From Chiloscyllium plagiosum (taxonomy: Eukaryota), in NCBI RefSeq assembly GCF_004010195.1, contig NC_057720.1, forward strand, positions 21,141,217 to 21,205,216: a stretch of 64,000 nucleotides of DNA, written 5' to 3'. The notes beneath the pieces were generated by a model. The model was given only the letters and a program-made list of their open reading frames with translations. It had not been told where the DNA came from and did no database searches. Within the stretch, counting starts at the first letter, position 1; every line of letters begins with the position of its first letter. This document shows positions 11,877-25,118 of the stretch, in pieces. Both the position numbers and the translations under genes were made by a program.

Positions 11877-12519
11877 TATATCTTCGTTACACGGCATTAG
11901 GTCCTTGGTGTTTACACTATTTGCTCTTCAGCTCCACCCCGCTGATGGGGTGTGGCCTTATCTCGACTATCTACAGCTATTTGTCTAGAAAAATTCAGTC
12001 GAATTCCTGAACATTAATTTTTTTAGTTGCATTTATAATTTCAGTATACCTTCATATATAATATGTAACGAGAATTACTGGAAAGCCTTTGATTATGGTG
12101 GGATCAGGCTTTCCCTTCTACATTTTACTAAATGACAAGTTTTCTCTTTCCCACTAAGACTGCTATGAGGCACTTCATTATCTGATCTGGTTGCCATGAC
12201 CATGAAGGCTATGAATCTGACTGTGGAAACTGCTGCCTCAACTAACAATTCTCTTCAGCAATGGGCAACTCCAACACAAAGCAAGCAATTGGAGGTCCAT
12301 TGAATTTTATGTGTATATGTCAGAGGTGAGGTCCAAAAATAATCAAAAAGACTAAATGAATGTTAGTAATTAGAACCAGAGAACTGGAAAATGAGGGGAA
12401 ATGAGTTTTGTTCCATCTATGTCGGCAGTTGATTACTCTATTTTAGTGTGCTATGTTCAGAACCAGGCACTGTGCCTTAAGGAAGATATATTAGGCTTGG
12501 AAGGAATGCAATACAGACA

Positions 12520-14386
12520 CAATATGAGCAGAAGTAGGCTATTCAGCCCCTCGAGCATGTTCTGCCAGTCAATATAATCATGGTTCCCCTGTTCATGTTT
12601 TGAATTCCAGATTGCAATCTATCCCTGATAACCCTTAACTTTGTTGTCAATCAAGTGTTTATTTACCTCTGCTTTAAAAATATTTAATTAATCCGCCTCC
12701 ACTATCTTCTGGGGCGAAGTGTTCCAAATTTGCATAACTTGCGAGTGAAAGAAAATTATCCTCGTCTCTGTCCTAAAAGGATGGCCTCTAATTTTAAGTA
12801 GTGCCCCCTTGTTTTTGGATGCACCCACACAAGAAAGCATCCTTTCCATGTCCACCTTGTCAAAACCATTCATGACAGTATATATTGCAATCAAGTCACG
12901 CCTCACTTTTCTAAGCTCCAGTGAAAGCAAATGCAGACTGTCCAACGTTTCCTCAATCAGACAACTTGAACATTTCAGGTGTAAATGTAGTAAAAACCTC
13001 CTCTGAACTGCCTCCGACACATTTCCATGTTCCCTTAAATAAGGAGATCAATGGTGCAAATAGTAGTCAAGATGTGGTCTCACCAACATCCCGTAAAACT
13101 GGAGCATAACAGTCTTACTCTTATGTTCAATTCCTCTTGTCATCAAGCATCCATTAACCATCTTAATTACTTGCTGCAGCTTCATGTTAACGTTTTGTGC
13201 CTCATGCACTAGGACACCCAGATCTGTCTGCACCTCAACCATTCTGCAGTAATTTCTCCATTTAAGTAATATTTTGCTCTATTATTCTTCCTGCCAAACA
13301 AACAACTTTACATTTTCCCACATTATGTCCTGTTTGCCAGTTTTTTGCCCGCTCATTGTCTTATCTATATCCTTCTGCATCCTCCTTATGTCATCTTCAC
13401 AATATACTTTCCTGCTTATCTTTGCATCATCTAAAAGAGTTAGATACAATGCTTTGCTCCCCTCATCTAAGTCATTGATATAAATTGTAAAAAGCTGAGG
13501 CCTCAGTATGAGCCCATGCAGGATTCCACTTATCAGACCCTGGCATTCATGCCCTCTGTTTTCTGCCAGCCAATCTTCTATCCATGTTAATATGTCACCC
13601 CGTTCAGCATTAGTTCTTACTTTGTGCAATAACTGTTCATGTGACATCAAACAAATGTCTTCTGGATATATAAGAACAGTACATCTACACACTTCCATAG
13701 CATGTAACTCGTTCAAAGAACCCCACTAAATTGGTTAATGATTTCTCTTTTACAAAGCCATGCTGACTCTTTCTGATAATGTTGAGTTTGTCTACATATC
13801 TAATTATAATCTTCTTAATGATTGATTCTAACAGTTTTCCCACAATAGATGTCAAGCTAACTGGTCTACAATTTCCTGTTTTCTGCCTCTCTCCCATAGA
13901 ACAGTTAGATTTGCTACTTTCCAGTCCTATGGATCCATTCCAGGATTTATTCACCCCAAAGCTCTACTAGCTCATTAACCATTTATTTTGTGAACACTGG
14001 ACTAAGTCTTTAGGATCCAGGGATTTGTCAGCCCACTGTGGCTCAGATTTCCCAGTGTCACTTTCCCAGTGATTGTAATTTCACCAAGTTTCCCTCTCCT
14101 TTCCATTTTTGTAGATATTACTGGGATTTTTTGTATTCCCTATAGTGAAAACCGAAGCAAAATACTTGCTAATTCCAACTGCTATTTCCTTATTTTCTAT
14201 TATTAAGTTCCCATTCTCATGCTTGAGAGTACCAGCACTTACTTTATTTACTCTTTTCCTTTTTAAATGCCTGTAGAAACTCTTGCTATCTGTTTCTATT
14301 TTCTTGCTAACTTTATCTCATTCTTTTTTCAGTTGACCTTTTAGTCATTCTATACCATTTCTTATATTCTGACCAATCATCTGATG
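12520..14386 (-). mobile_element. Decayed CR1 ORF2
   Basis: Minus ORFs GNCRPVSLTSIVGKLLESII, PQLFTIYINDLDEG, RGIEHKSK...LVRPHLDY, RKVRRDLIAIY. Confidence 0.9.
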
Positions 14387-14395
14387 TGCCACACA

Positions 14396-14885
14396 ATAGA
14401 CAATAGACAATAGACAATAGGTGCAGGAGTAGGCCATTCAGCCCTTCGAGCCTGCACCGCCATTCAATATAATCATGGCTGATCATTCCTAATCAGTATC
14501 CTGTTCCTGCCTTATCTCCATAACCCTTGATTCCACTATCTTTGAGATAGTGGACCTCTTTGCTTCTATACTCAATTCCTCTTGTTATGAAGGCCAGCAT
14601 GCTATTAGCCTTCTTCACTACCTGCTGTACCTGCATGCTTGCCTTCATTGACTGGTGTACAAGAACACCCAGATCTCTCTGTACTGCCCCTTTACATAAA
14701 TTGATTCCATTGAGGTAGTAGTCTGCCTTCCTGTTCTTGCTACCAAAGTGGATAACCATATATTTATCCACATTAAACTGCATCTGCCATGCATCTGCCC
14801 ACTCACCTAACTTGTCCAGGTCACCCTGTAATCTCCTAACATCCTCATCACTTTTCACCCTGCCACCCAGCTTTGTATCATAGTT
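14396..14885 (-). mobile_element. Younger CR1 with an internal deletion, nested in older CR1
   Basis: DTKLGGRV...LQGDLDKLGEWADAWQMQFNVDK; (caataga)n tail; TSD tgccacaca at 14387-14395 and 14886-14894. Confidence 0.9.
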
Positions 14886-15233
14886 TGCCACACAGTTTCT
14901 TGCAATGATATACTTTTTCCTTAAAGTTTGTCTCTTTATAATTTTTGTAACACCGAGTCGTGATTGTTGTTGTATTCTTAATTTTATTCCCTTTGTCCCT
15001 TCTTGCCATTCTGTGACCCTTATTTCCCATATTAAACTCCTGCTCTCCAACCTTGTCTCCGATTTGCTACATTTACTTGAGTTTTATCACCTACACCCAT
15101 TCTTTAGATTAAATCCATTTCTCCTTCCTTAGTTATACAATTTGGTGGAATTTTGCACCCAGAACAATTCAGCTTCAAAGTGGTATGACCAGGTGGTACA
15201 CCTACTTGCCCCAGAGCTGCCACATGCCTGACA

Positions 15234-15552
15234 ATCATAGACTCATAGGATCCCTACAGAATGGAAGCAGGCCATTTGATTCATTGAGTCCACACTCACC
15301 CTCTGAAAAGCATCCCACCCATACCCACCACATCCCTGTAACTCTGCATTTCTCATGGCTAATCCACCTAGCAAACACAGCCCTGGACAACTTAACATGG
15401 CCAATCCACCTAACCTGCACATCTTTGGACTGTGGAAAGAAACTGGAGCACCCGGAGGAAACCCGCATAGACATAGGGAGAATGTGCAAACTCCACATAG
15501 ACAGACACCTGAGGCTGGAATTGAACCTGGGTCCCTGGGGCTGTGAGGCACC
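15234..15552 (-). mobile_element. HE1-like V-SINE
   Basis: Reverse complement of the V-domain and tRNA head. Confidence 0.88.
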
Positions 15553-15579
15553 CGGTACCAACTTCTCCCACACAAGACT

Positions 15580-15900
15580 TTAAGTATTAATTTCAATAAA
15601 TGCAAATGTCCTCTGCCAAATGGCAAATGGCCAAGGTAATAATCTAGAGATTCTCATTCTTGAGGTTCTACTCTTCAATTTGGTACCTAGCTCCTTATAT
15701 TGTATAAACAAAACCTCATTCTTTGTTCTGCCTATGTTGTTGGTACATACATAGATCACAACCACTTCAAGCTTTTGAGCAGATTTCCCAGACCTTAACA
15801 CCTGGTAGCTTCTCCAATTCAAGTCTTCACTGCACAGAGCAGTGCCTATTCCCCGCACTATACTATCTTCTATTATCACTGCATTCCTTTATGCCTCCCT
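15580..15900 (-). mobile_element. CR1 ORF1 SGNH-esterase fragment
   Basis: IIEDSIVRG...VVVIYVCTNNIGR...YKELGTKLKSRTSR..IS.LLP matches the CR1 ORF1 GDS / GTND esterase blocks. Confidence 0.85.
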
Positions 15901-16019
15901 AAATTGCATGGCCTTCTCTACCATAGGGCCATGATCAGTTAACTCATCCATTCTGCAGCCATCATAGACTAACATGCTATCCGTACTATACATGTTAAAT
16001 GATACAGATTATATAGGGG

Positions 16020-16265
16020 GATTGTAAAACAGGCCTTTATTCCCTGGAGTACAGCAGGTTAAAGGCTGATTAGATTGAGGTTTACAGGGTGTTGAAAGCA
16101 ATAGACAAGAGTACATAGAGAGAAACTTTGCCTGTTGTGGCAGAATCTAAGCTTGTTTTTCTGCTGTTTTATTCTATGTTCTATGTTAAGGGGAAATATT
16201 CTTAAAGTCAGAGTTGAATCATTCAAGAGAGAAGTTAGGAAACCAATCTTTACACCAAGTATTTC
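16020..16265 (+). mobile_element. CR1 ORF2 3' fragment
   Basis: ggcctttattccctggagtacagcaggttaaaggctgattagattgaggtttac translates to GLYSLEYSRLKAD*IEVY. Confidence 0.7.
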
Positions 16266-16410
16266 TGAGTACAAAAGGATATGATATCTAAGAATACTTG
16301 TTCCAAACCTACATTATTGTTAATTGATAGTTCAAATAAAAGTGCTGCACAAAGGTTCATAGAAAAGTTTTTGTTTATTTTTATCATCCAAGAGTTGTAT
16401 GTTCTGCTAT

Positions 16411-16509
16411 GATTCTGGATTAGTGGTGCTGGAAGAGCACAGCAGTTCAGGCGGCATCCGAGGAGCAGTAAAATCAACGTTTCGGGCAAAAGCCCTTCAT
16501 CAGGAATCA
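16411..16509 (-). mobile_element. Penelope-derived single arm carrying an intact hammerhead core (16476-16503, GUU triplet)
   Basis: Reverse complement reads CTGATGA A GGGC TTTT GCCC GAAA C GTT; TSD gttctgctatga at 16401-16412 and 16510-16521. Confidence 0.85.
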
Positions 16510-17184
16510 GTTCTGCTATGAACCTGCCATGCTTTGCCCATGGTTCATTAACTTGCCTGCATATTGGTTGAAACTATCTCCTTTACTTCATTGATTTTAT
16601 GGCTTTATACCCGGGGATGTGGACCTTCATGTTTGCAGGTAATGCTGGGAGATTCTTAGCATCTTCATATCAGTGACAGGTGACTATTGAGGGAGGGGAT
16701 ATTGGAGAGAGAGAAGGAGATATAATCCAAAACCAAATCCATGGTAAATGTAAAAGCTTTGACTTTTCTCCCAGAGTTGGGGTGCAGAGTTGGGAGAAAT
16801 CCCGACTCAGTGAACTGTGAAGGTGGTCACCCACACTTCAGATTTTTCGTCCAGAGGCGTGTGCTGGATTGGAAGTCAGGATGGGTGCCCAAGTAGAACT
16901 GAGAACGGTGTCTGGAAGGCCTTCATGGGGACTCTGGCATTGTAAGCAAATTTTAAAAATAAAGGTTACAACAGGGAATATACCTCTTTTTCTCACCCCA
17001 TACCCTTTGAGCCTCTCCAAGCCAACCTATGTGTCAGCAGCCTGGCCAATCATGCCCATACACAATGAGTGAATAAATGAATTCCAAAAGTATCCATGCA
17101 CATAGCAGAAAAGAAAGTTTATGATGTAAATTTCTAAATTGTAGGTCACAAACTCTATTGAGTAAAGCTCTGTCATTTATGGTT

Positions 17185-17805
17185 TTCAATTATTAATTTA
17201 TGGGACATGAGCATCGCTGGTTAAGATGGCTTTTATTGCCAATGATGAGCAATCTTCTTGAACCACAGTGGTCCATGTGGTGTAGGTACAACCACAAGGC
17301 AGGCTCCAGGATTTGAAGTGATACTGAAGGAACAGCGATATGTTTCCAAATCAGGATGGTCTGTTGCTTGAAGGGGAATTTGCAGTGCTGGTGCTCTCGT
17401 ATATCTTCTGCCTTTGTCTTTCTAGCTCGCGGAGGTCACAGATTTGGAAGGTGCTGTCTAAGAAATCTTGGTGAGATGCTGCAGAGCATCTTGCATCTGG
17501 TACACACTGTTGCCATTTTGTGTTAATGGTTAAGGGAGTGAATGGTGAAGATTTTAGATGGGGTGCCAGTCAAATGGGCTGTTTTGCTCTGGATATTTTT
17601 GAGCTTCTTGTGTGTTGCTGGGACTGCACTGATTCAAATAAGTGGGGAGTGTTCCATGACCGTTTTTTCACCCTTTTAGAAGGTAAAAGGTATTGAGGAG
17701 TCAGGAAGTGAGTTACTCATTGCAGAATTCCCAGCTTCTGTTGTAACCACAAGATTTATATGACTTGTCCAGTTCAGTTCTGTTCCTGATCAATGGTAAC
17801 CCCTA
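17185..17805 (-). mobile_element. L2/Crack-like LINE 3' fragment
   Basis: Reverse-complement homology to 24665-25118 including the tail. Confidence 0.75.
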
Positions 17806-18783
17806 CATTTTGAGATTTCCAGAAACTTCTTGAATTGTTGACGCTTATTAACAGGTTTCGACAAGTTGGACAGTTCCAAGGTTTTATGCACCGTTCATAC
17901 ACAATTTTACTTCACAGCTAACTGTCCCAAACAGCACCTGACTCCAATCCCAAACAATACTGCATGCTCCTCCCTTTCAGGAAGACTATTGCCTACATCC
18001 CAATGTGGCCTGGAACAAAATTCACAGGTGTTCCCCTGCTCTCCAAAGGGGTAACCTGGCTATCCAATAGACATTAATCGAGGACATCCCGCTGTTAACT
18101 GGTTTAATTTCCATGCTCTGTTTTCCACACCTGGGAATTCCAAATTCCTATTTCAGTAGAGACAGCTGGTCATTATATCGCGCACACATGAACCACAACT
18201 TGGTCTAATCCCAGTTCTAGGGAAATTGGAGAGACTGGGCTCAATGTGTTTCCCAGAAAATTCTGGCATTTTTGCCACAGCCCAAATGCTTTCCATCCTG
18301 GTGAAAATCAGAGCTTTGATATTTTGGTGACTCCTATCTTACATCTTGAAGGATCAGGTTGGTGTAGAACATGTAATGTGCAATCAGAATATATAAGGGT
18401 CTTTGTGACTTGTTTACTTTTGATTGGGATTAAACACAAAGTGGGACACAAAAGGGAGGACAGAAAATGAATATTTTAAAACAAAAATTATTGTGTAAGT
18501 ACTTAGGAAATCTCCCATGAGTTTACGGGAGGACAGTTAGGGAAACCATATTTTCTATAAGTTAACTGTTGTGATGGTATGGCGCTACTGAATCTCTCCA
18601 TTTTTGACTCTTGAGATTTTTTGATCTATTGGAACATGGGTTGAGGCTAACAGTATTCAGAGTTAGGCCAGTGCTTGTAAATCTGAGTCTAGATTTACCA
18701 GGTCAGCTCATACTTCCTTTGAGGAGCCCTTTACATTTGGGACTATGAATGACAGACATTTGAATGAGTCTAAAGTGCCGAAG

Positions 18784-19323
18784 TTTTTTTACTATTCATT
18801 CACAGGGTGAAGGCATCACTGGCTCGGCCAGCATTAATCACCCAATGGGGCAGTTAAGAGTCAACCATATTGCAGTGAGCCTGGAATCACATGTAGTCCA
18901 GATCAGGTAAGGATGGCAGCTTCCTTCCGTAAAGGACATTAGTGAATGAGATGAGTTTTTCCTGACAACTGGTGATGGATCCATGGCCATCATTAGATTT
19001 TTATTCCAGATTTTTTTATTGAATTGAGAATGGCAGGTTTTGAACCTGGGTCCTCACAACATTATCTGGGTTTCTGGATTAACAGTCCAGTGATACAATC
19101 AGTTCTGCCATAATGCATGTTTCTTCAATGCAGTTGAAGAATTTGGACCGTTATTTGGAGAATGTGAACTTTCCTTACCTGTATTGGCTATAACGTGACT
19201 TCAGTCCCAATACTTTAAATGGCGCGACTATTGTGCGATGTTCTTACAATGCAAGATCGCACGAGAATGGAACTATCACGTTATATCAGAACCCACTGTA
19301 ACACCACTAGGCCATCACCTCCC
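18784..19323 (-). mobile_element. tRNA-derived SINE family B, split by a MITE
   Basis: Reverse complement of 6242-6593; the head resumes after the MITE (acaccactaggccatcacctccc). Confidence 0.8.
19096..19298. mobile_element. Tigger/MER6-like MITE
   Basis: Imperfect TIRs CAATCAGTTCTGCCATAATG / CGTTATATCAGAACCCACTG with TA duplication; interrupts the SINE head cleanly. Confidence 0.75.
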
Positions 19324-19324
19324 A

Positions 19325-20020
19325 GCAGAAAGTATACCTTGTCTCAGACGCCTAGGCAGGTGGGGTATGGTGCAAATGGGTAGATTGATTCCTGGGGATA
19401 ACACAGTGTCTGAGTGAGAGATAAAGTTGTGGAGAAAATCAAACATATCAGGAATATGGAGTCCTCCCCGTGACTTTGGCTGCAGGTTAGTGTTCTCTGC
19501 ATGAAGTGTTGGGTGGATCCCCCACCAGCAGGAAATCCCACTGGGTCGAGCACCCATTCAGTTTTTAAGTGTTATTGGGTGAGCTTCTCGTCCAGTTTCA
19601 CCAAAGTGCCACCTTACCTGTGGCCTTTGGCCAGTTAGAAGTCAACCATCCCCAAGAGTTAAAGGGTGTCTCTGGAGGCCCAGGTTGTGTAGCCCGGAAG
19701 TGCTGCACCGGTGAGCAGCGGAGGATCTGTTTGTCCAGCAGGCAGGATGTTCTGGTTTCTCCTTCAACAAAGGGGCCACATCTCTTCTCTGTAAGAAAGG
19801 GTGGAGGCCTTTGGGTCAGTATTAATTGACTAGTTATGGGCCTTACTTGGTGCTGGGCCAAGAACATTCCCCCATGGACCTGTCCACCCACAACATAATT
19901 TCTGAAGTGTCAGGAAGGGGCAAATATCTGTCCAGAGCTAACCCACCATTATTTGCCCTTCTCACCATCTTGCCACCTCCAGCGAGGGAGCAATTACAGA
20001 GATATGTGTGATGAGGTAAG
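19325..20020 (-). mobile_element. Possible decayed L1/Tx1-like ORF2 C-terminal fragment
   Basis: GC-richer block; MFDFLHNFI...VLSP weakly resembles the Tx1 ORF2 C-terminus. Confidence 0.3.
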
Positions 20021-20231
20021 ATACAATGAGGACTCTCAGAGGTTGCTGAGCAGGATGGATGGCACTGAGCAGTTGTTGGCAAGTATAAAGTCACAAAATC
20101 ATTACCATACATAAGGAGGTCATTTGGCCCATTGAGTCTATGCCAGCACACTGTAGAACCCCATAGTCAAGTACATGACCCAAGACATCTCCAGTGCTGT
20201 GGAAGTTTATGTTGTATACTGTTATTTAGAG

Positions 20232-20451
20232 GTAAAAACAATTACTGCAGATGCTGGAAACCAGATTCTGGATTAGTGGTGCTGGAAGAGCACAGCAGTT
20301 CAGGCAGCATCCAAGGAGCAGCAAAATCGACATTTCGGGCAAAAGCCCTTCATCAGCCCTTCCTGATGAAGGGCTTTTGCCTGAAACGTCGATTTCGCTG
20401 CTCCTTGGATGCTGCCTGAACTGCTGTGCTCTTCCAGCACCACTAATCCAG
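20232..20451. mobile_element. Penelope-derived asymmetric palindrome (family A)
   Basis: Inverted arms with the tail on the left; TSD atactgttatttagag at 20216-20231 and 20452-20467; hammerhead cores carry single CpG-type changes. Confidence 0.9.
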
Positions 20452-20464
20452 ATACTGTTATTTA

Positions 20465-20985
20465 GAGTCATAGAGTCATAGAGATGTGCAGCACGGAAAC
20501 AGACCCTTCGGTCCAACTCGTTCATGCCGACCAGATATCCCAACCAAATCTAGTCCCACCTGCCAGCACCCGGCCCATATCCCTCCAAATCCTTCCTATT
20601 CACATACCATCCAGATGCCTTTTAAATATTGCAATCATACTAGCCTCCACCACTTCCTCTGGCAGCTCATTCCATACCCGTACCACTCTCTGTGTGAAAA
20701 AGTTGTCCCTTAGGTCTCTTTTATATCTTTCCCCTCTCACCCTAAACCTATGCCCTCTAGTTCTGGACTCCCCGACCCCAGGGAAAAGACTTTGTTTATC
20801 CTATCTATACCCCTCATGATTTTATAGACCTCTGTAAGGTCACCCCTCAGCCTCCAATGCTCTAGGGAAAATAACCCCAGCCTATTCAACCTCTCCCAAT
20901 AGCTCAAATCCTCCAACCCCGGCAACATTTCTGTAAATCTTTTCTGAAACCTTTCAAGTTTCACAACATCTTTCCGATAATCACA
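20465..20985 (-). mobile_element. CR1/HER1-like 3' end
   Basis: RKDVVKLERFQKRFTEMLPGLEDLSY.ERLNRLGLFSLE..RLRGDL; (tagagtca)n tail. Confidence 0.95.
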
Positions 20986-21667
20986 CCACAAATCCGGGAC
21001 AGGTGAGACTTGAACTCATACCTTCTGGTGTGGAGATAGGAACACTGTCCCTCAATGTTGTAAATATAATCTAATTTCCACACAAATAGCATGCCTATGT
21101 GTGTTTACATTGCTGCAGACTCTATAGTCCTTACTTTCATCAGTGACACCAGAGTTACTATGGTGATATGAAGCTAATAGAGCTTGCAGACGAGTGACGG
21201 TTAGCAAATGTTGAGCGCTGGGTGGCAGATCAGGCAATGGATAACTTTTGCAGCTATCTGCTTTATGTTGTTTTTGGGCATGATATAACGAGGTTGCCTT
21301 TACAGCAGTGTCAGGGGTTCCCTGCAGTCATGGACTCACTGCCAGGATCCTCCATATAATATCACCAGACCCACTGCCCAACAAGAAGCTGAGGCACATA
21401 CAATTAAAAATACATTTTCAGTGCTGAACAGAAAATGAAATAACCTGTTAGGAATTCCATAAATAAGGGAAGCTAATGATAGATAGACAGACACCTTAGG
21501 GGCCGGGTTTTCATGTCCGATTGGGATAGAACAGAGCAATATATGACCTAATAATATTTCATTTTCAATGAATAGAGGAAAATAGGACAAAAGTAAGACC
21601 AGCACTTCATGACAGAAAGGCCTGTGAAACCAAGCAGATTGTAATTGAATGCAGTATGCAGAATGCG

Positions 21668-21754
21668 GAATGTGGGTGGGTTGCGCTTCGGCAGGTCGGT
21701 GTGGACTTGTTGGGCCGAAGGGCCTGTTTCGACACTGTAATGTAATCTAATCTA
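21668..21754 (+). mobile_element. HE1-like SINE 3' fragment
   Basis: ggtcggtgtggacttgttgggccgaagggcctgtttc...aatctaatct. Confidence 0.8.
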
Positions 21755-21764
21755 AAAAAAAAGT

Positions 21765-21905
21765 ATTCCAAAAGTGGCCTAACGATCGTCCTGTACAGCC
21801 TCAACATGACCCCTGAACTCCTGTACTCAGTGCACTGACCAATAGAAGCGAGCGTGCCAAATGGCCTTTTCTCTATCTTATCTACCTGCAACTCCAATTT
21901 CAAGG
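21765..21905 (-). mobile_element. CR1 ORF2 fragment
   Basis: FGTLASIGQCTEYRSSGVMLRLYRTIVRPLLEY. Confidence 0.88.
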
Positions 21906-22374
21906 AAACAGTGATGGAATCAAAAAGGAATCAGTAATGGGATACTATAGTTAAAAAGGGGCTGGAATTTCCTGATGGAGGGCGTGAATTGGGAAGCAGA
22001 CTCATTCCCAAGTGGTGAGCTGTTCGGCTCAGGGATGGGTTTGTTGGCCAATTGGTGGCCAGGAATTTGGTGGGGATTGGGAAAAAACATTTGGGTTACC
22101 AGAAATATGGGCTAGGCTGACTCACTTTGATCGCTGTTACTGTGTCTGCTTTTGCAATAGAAATTTTTGGATTTGAAACTGAGATGTTTTACTTTTCATG
22201 GAGCAGGTGTAGATCTGACACTGAAGAACATGAGTGCTTGTTGAAAGCCATTTGAATTTTCCTGTGATAGGGTAGGCTCCACCTTAACCTCTTCACTACC
22301 ACATATAAGTAGATCTTCTCTATTTGAAATGTAGCCAACCTTGTTCCCACTGCCCTTAGGCTTTTCGGGCTAGA

Positions 22375-23725
22375 GGTCTGTGACCAGTGGTGTGTCGCAA
22401 GGATCAGTGCTGTGTCCACTGCTCTTTGTCATGTATGTAAATGATTTTGATGTGAATATAGGAGATATGCTTACTAAGTTTGAAGATAACGACAAATTTG
22501 GCAGTGTCGTGGGCAGTGAAGAAGGTTATCTCATATAATGGAACCTTAATCAGATGGGCCAATGGACCAAGGATTGGTAGATGGAGTTTAATTTAGATAA
22601 ATGTGAGGTGCTGCATTTTGGAAAGGCAAAACAGGGCAGGACTTATACACTTAATGGTAGAGTACTAGGGAGTGTTGCCAAACAAAGAGACCTTGGGGTG
22701 CAGGTTCATAGTTCCTTGAAAGTGGAGTCACAGGTAGATAGGGTCATGAAGAAGGCATTTGGCATGCTTGCCTTTATTGATCAGTGCTCTGAGTATAGGA
22801 GTTGGGAGATCATGTTGCAGCTGTACAGGACATTTTATAGGCCACTTTTGGAACACTGTGTTCAGTTCTGGTCTCTTTGATATAGGAAGGATGTTATGAA
22901 ACTCGAAAGGTGCAGGAAAGATTTACAAAGATGTTGCCGGGATTGGAAGGTTTGATCTTTAGGGAGAGGTTGAATAGGCTGGAGCTATTTTCCCTGGAGT
23001 GTCGGAGACTGAGGGGTGACTAGATTAGATTAGATTAGATTACATTACAGTTTGGAAACAGGCCCTTCAACCCAACAAGTCCACACCGACCCGCCGAAGC
23101 TCAATCCACCCATACCCCTACATTTACCCCTTATCTAACTCTACGGGCAATTTAGCATGGCCAATTCACCTGACCTGCACAACTTCGGACAGTGGGAGGA
23201 AACCGGAGCACCCGGAGGAAACCCACGCAGACACGGGGAGAACGTGCAAACTCCACACAGTCAGTCGCCTGAGGCGGGAATTGAACCCAGGTCTCAGGCG
23301 CTGTGAGGCAGCAGTGCTAACCACTGTGCCACCGTGCCGCCCACAGGTGACCTTATAGAAGTTTATAAAATTGTGAGGGCCAAATGGATAGGGCGAATAG
23401 CCAAGGTCTTTTCCCCAGGGTTGGGGAGTCTAAAACTAGAGGGCATAGGTTTAAGGAGAGAGGGAAAAATTTAAAAGGGACCTAAGTGGCAACCTTTTCA
23501 CCCAGAGGGTGGTGCATGTATGGAATGAACTGCCAGAGGAGGTGGTATAGGCTGGTACAATTACAACATTTAGAAGGCAAATGGATTTGTGTACGAATAG
23601 GAAGGGTTTTGAGGAAGTTGGGCCGGGTGCTGGCAAATGTGACTAGATTAGGTTAGGATATCTGGTCGGCATGGATGAGTTTGACCGAAGGGTCTGTTTC
23701 CGTGCTGCACAGCTCTATGACTGTA
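22375..23725 (+). mobile_element. CR1/HER1-like LINE, 5'-truncated, interrupted by a SINE
   Basis: MEFNLDKCEVLHFG...YRPLLEHCVQFWS; 3' tail present. Confidence 0.95.
23021..23345 (-). mobile_element. HE1-like V-SINE, young, CpG-rich
   Basis: (tagat)n tail, V-domain, tRNA head; TSD ggtgac at 23015-23020 and 23346-23351 splits the CR1 RLRGDL codons. Confidence 0.92.
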
Positions 23726-24664
23726 TGGTCACATTATGAAGCTCTGATGCCTATCAGGCTGATAAAAAATTTGATAGGCCCAAAATTGAGCTTTGAGTGA
23801 GTTCCATAGAAAATTTGTCTCACTGTTGTTGCAGGTGAAGTTTTGGTCTGCCGTCCCTCCACCCTCAATCAAATAGCTTGGGCTGGGAACAGGAGACCAA
23901 CACAGAGGCCATTGCTGTCATTTTGATTGTTCATCTGCCTCAGTTCTGATTCACTTCCAGCAGTGAATGTGCATAAGGATTATTTCTACTGGACCAGGAA
24001 CAGTTTAATCAAGATTTTTTTAAAAAATGAAGCATTTTAATAAAATGAATATGGAAAATACTATTTGCTGAGGATGACCAATTATACATTAAACATTGCC
24101 ATTCAGGATAGGGATAGAGGAGACACTTTAGTGGAAGTTATTTGGAATACATTAAAACAGGGCATGGTTGTGGCACAGACCATTTAATCTTTTAAAGGAC
24201 CTTTGGATGGCTTTGAAACTGTGAAGACACAGAACTAAGGAGAGAATGAAATAGAAATGATTAAGTCCGTGGATGGGTAACAAATGCTTGCATAGCCAAA
24301 GACACCTACATCCCATAATTAAACAAAAATAGTTTGGATTGTGCCAGCAAAGAGTCAAAAATGACACAATTGGCTTGGTAGGTTCCTTGGCTTCTATAAA
24401 CTCCTCTGATTCAAAGTTATTTCCTGCACATACCGTAATTATTTGCCTGCTATAAGTTGTGACGTTCTATGCAAACCAAGGTCTGAGCACAGTTAGACAT
24501 TGCTCATCTCACAGCTACTCAATGAGATGCAAGAAAAGTAAATGATGATGGGCAAGCCATCATTTGACATTCAGATCTCTCTGTAAAAGATGTGCAAGCC
24601 CTGCTGTTGATCAGAGAGAAAGTGACATTGATACAGCAGCTCGCTGTGCCAATCAAGTGGGTTT

Positions 24665-25118
24665 TTCTTTCATCATCCAGGACAAAACAGCCCTCTTGAT
24701 TGGCACTACATCCACAAGCATCCACTCTCTCCACCACCAATGCTCAGTAGCAGCAGTGTGTCCCATCTACAAGATACCCTGCAGAAATTCACCAAAGATC
24801 CTTAGACAGCATCTTATGAACCCATGACTACTTCCATATAAAAGGACAAGAGCAGCAGATACATGGAAACACCACAACTTGCAAGTTCCCCTCCAAGCCA
24901 CTAACCATACTGACTTGGAAATATATTACCATTCCTTCACTGTTGCTGGGTTGAAATCCTGGAATTCCCTCTCTTAGGGCATTGTGGGTCAACCTTTAGC
25001 ACATGGACTGCATCGGTTCAGGAAGGCAACTCACCATCATCTTCTCAAGGGCAACCAGGGATGGGCAGTTAAATACTGGCCCAGCCAGTGACGTCCACGT
25101 CCTACAAATGAATAAAAA
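24665..25118 (+). mobile_element. L2/Crack-like LINE 3' end
   Basis: IQDKTALLIGTTSTSIHSLHHQCSVAAVCPIYK..CRNSPKILRQHL; tail gggatgggcagttaaatactggcccagccagtgacgtccac...gaataaaaaa. Confidence 0.8.
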
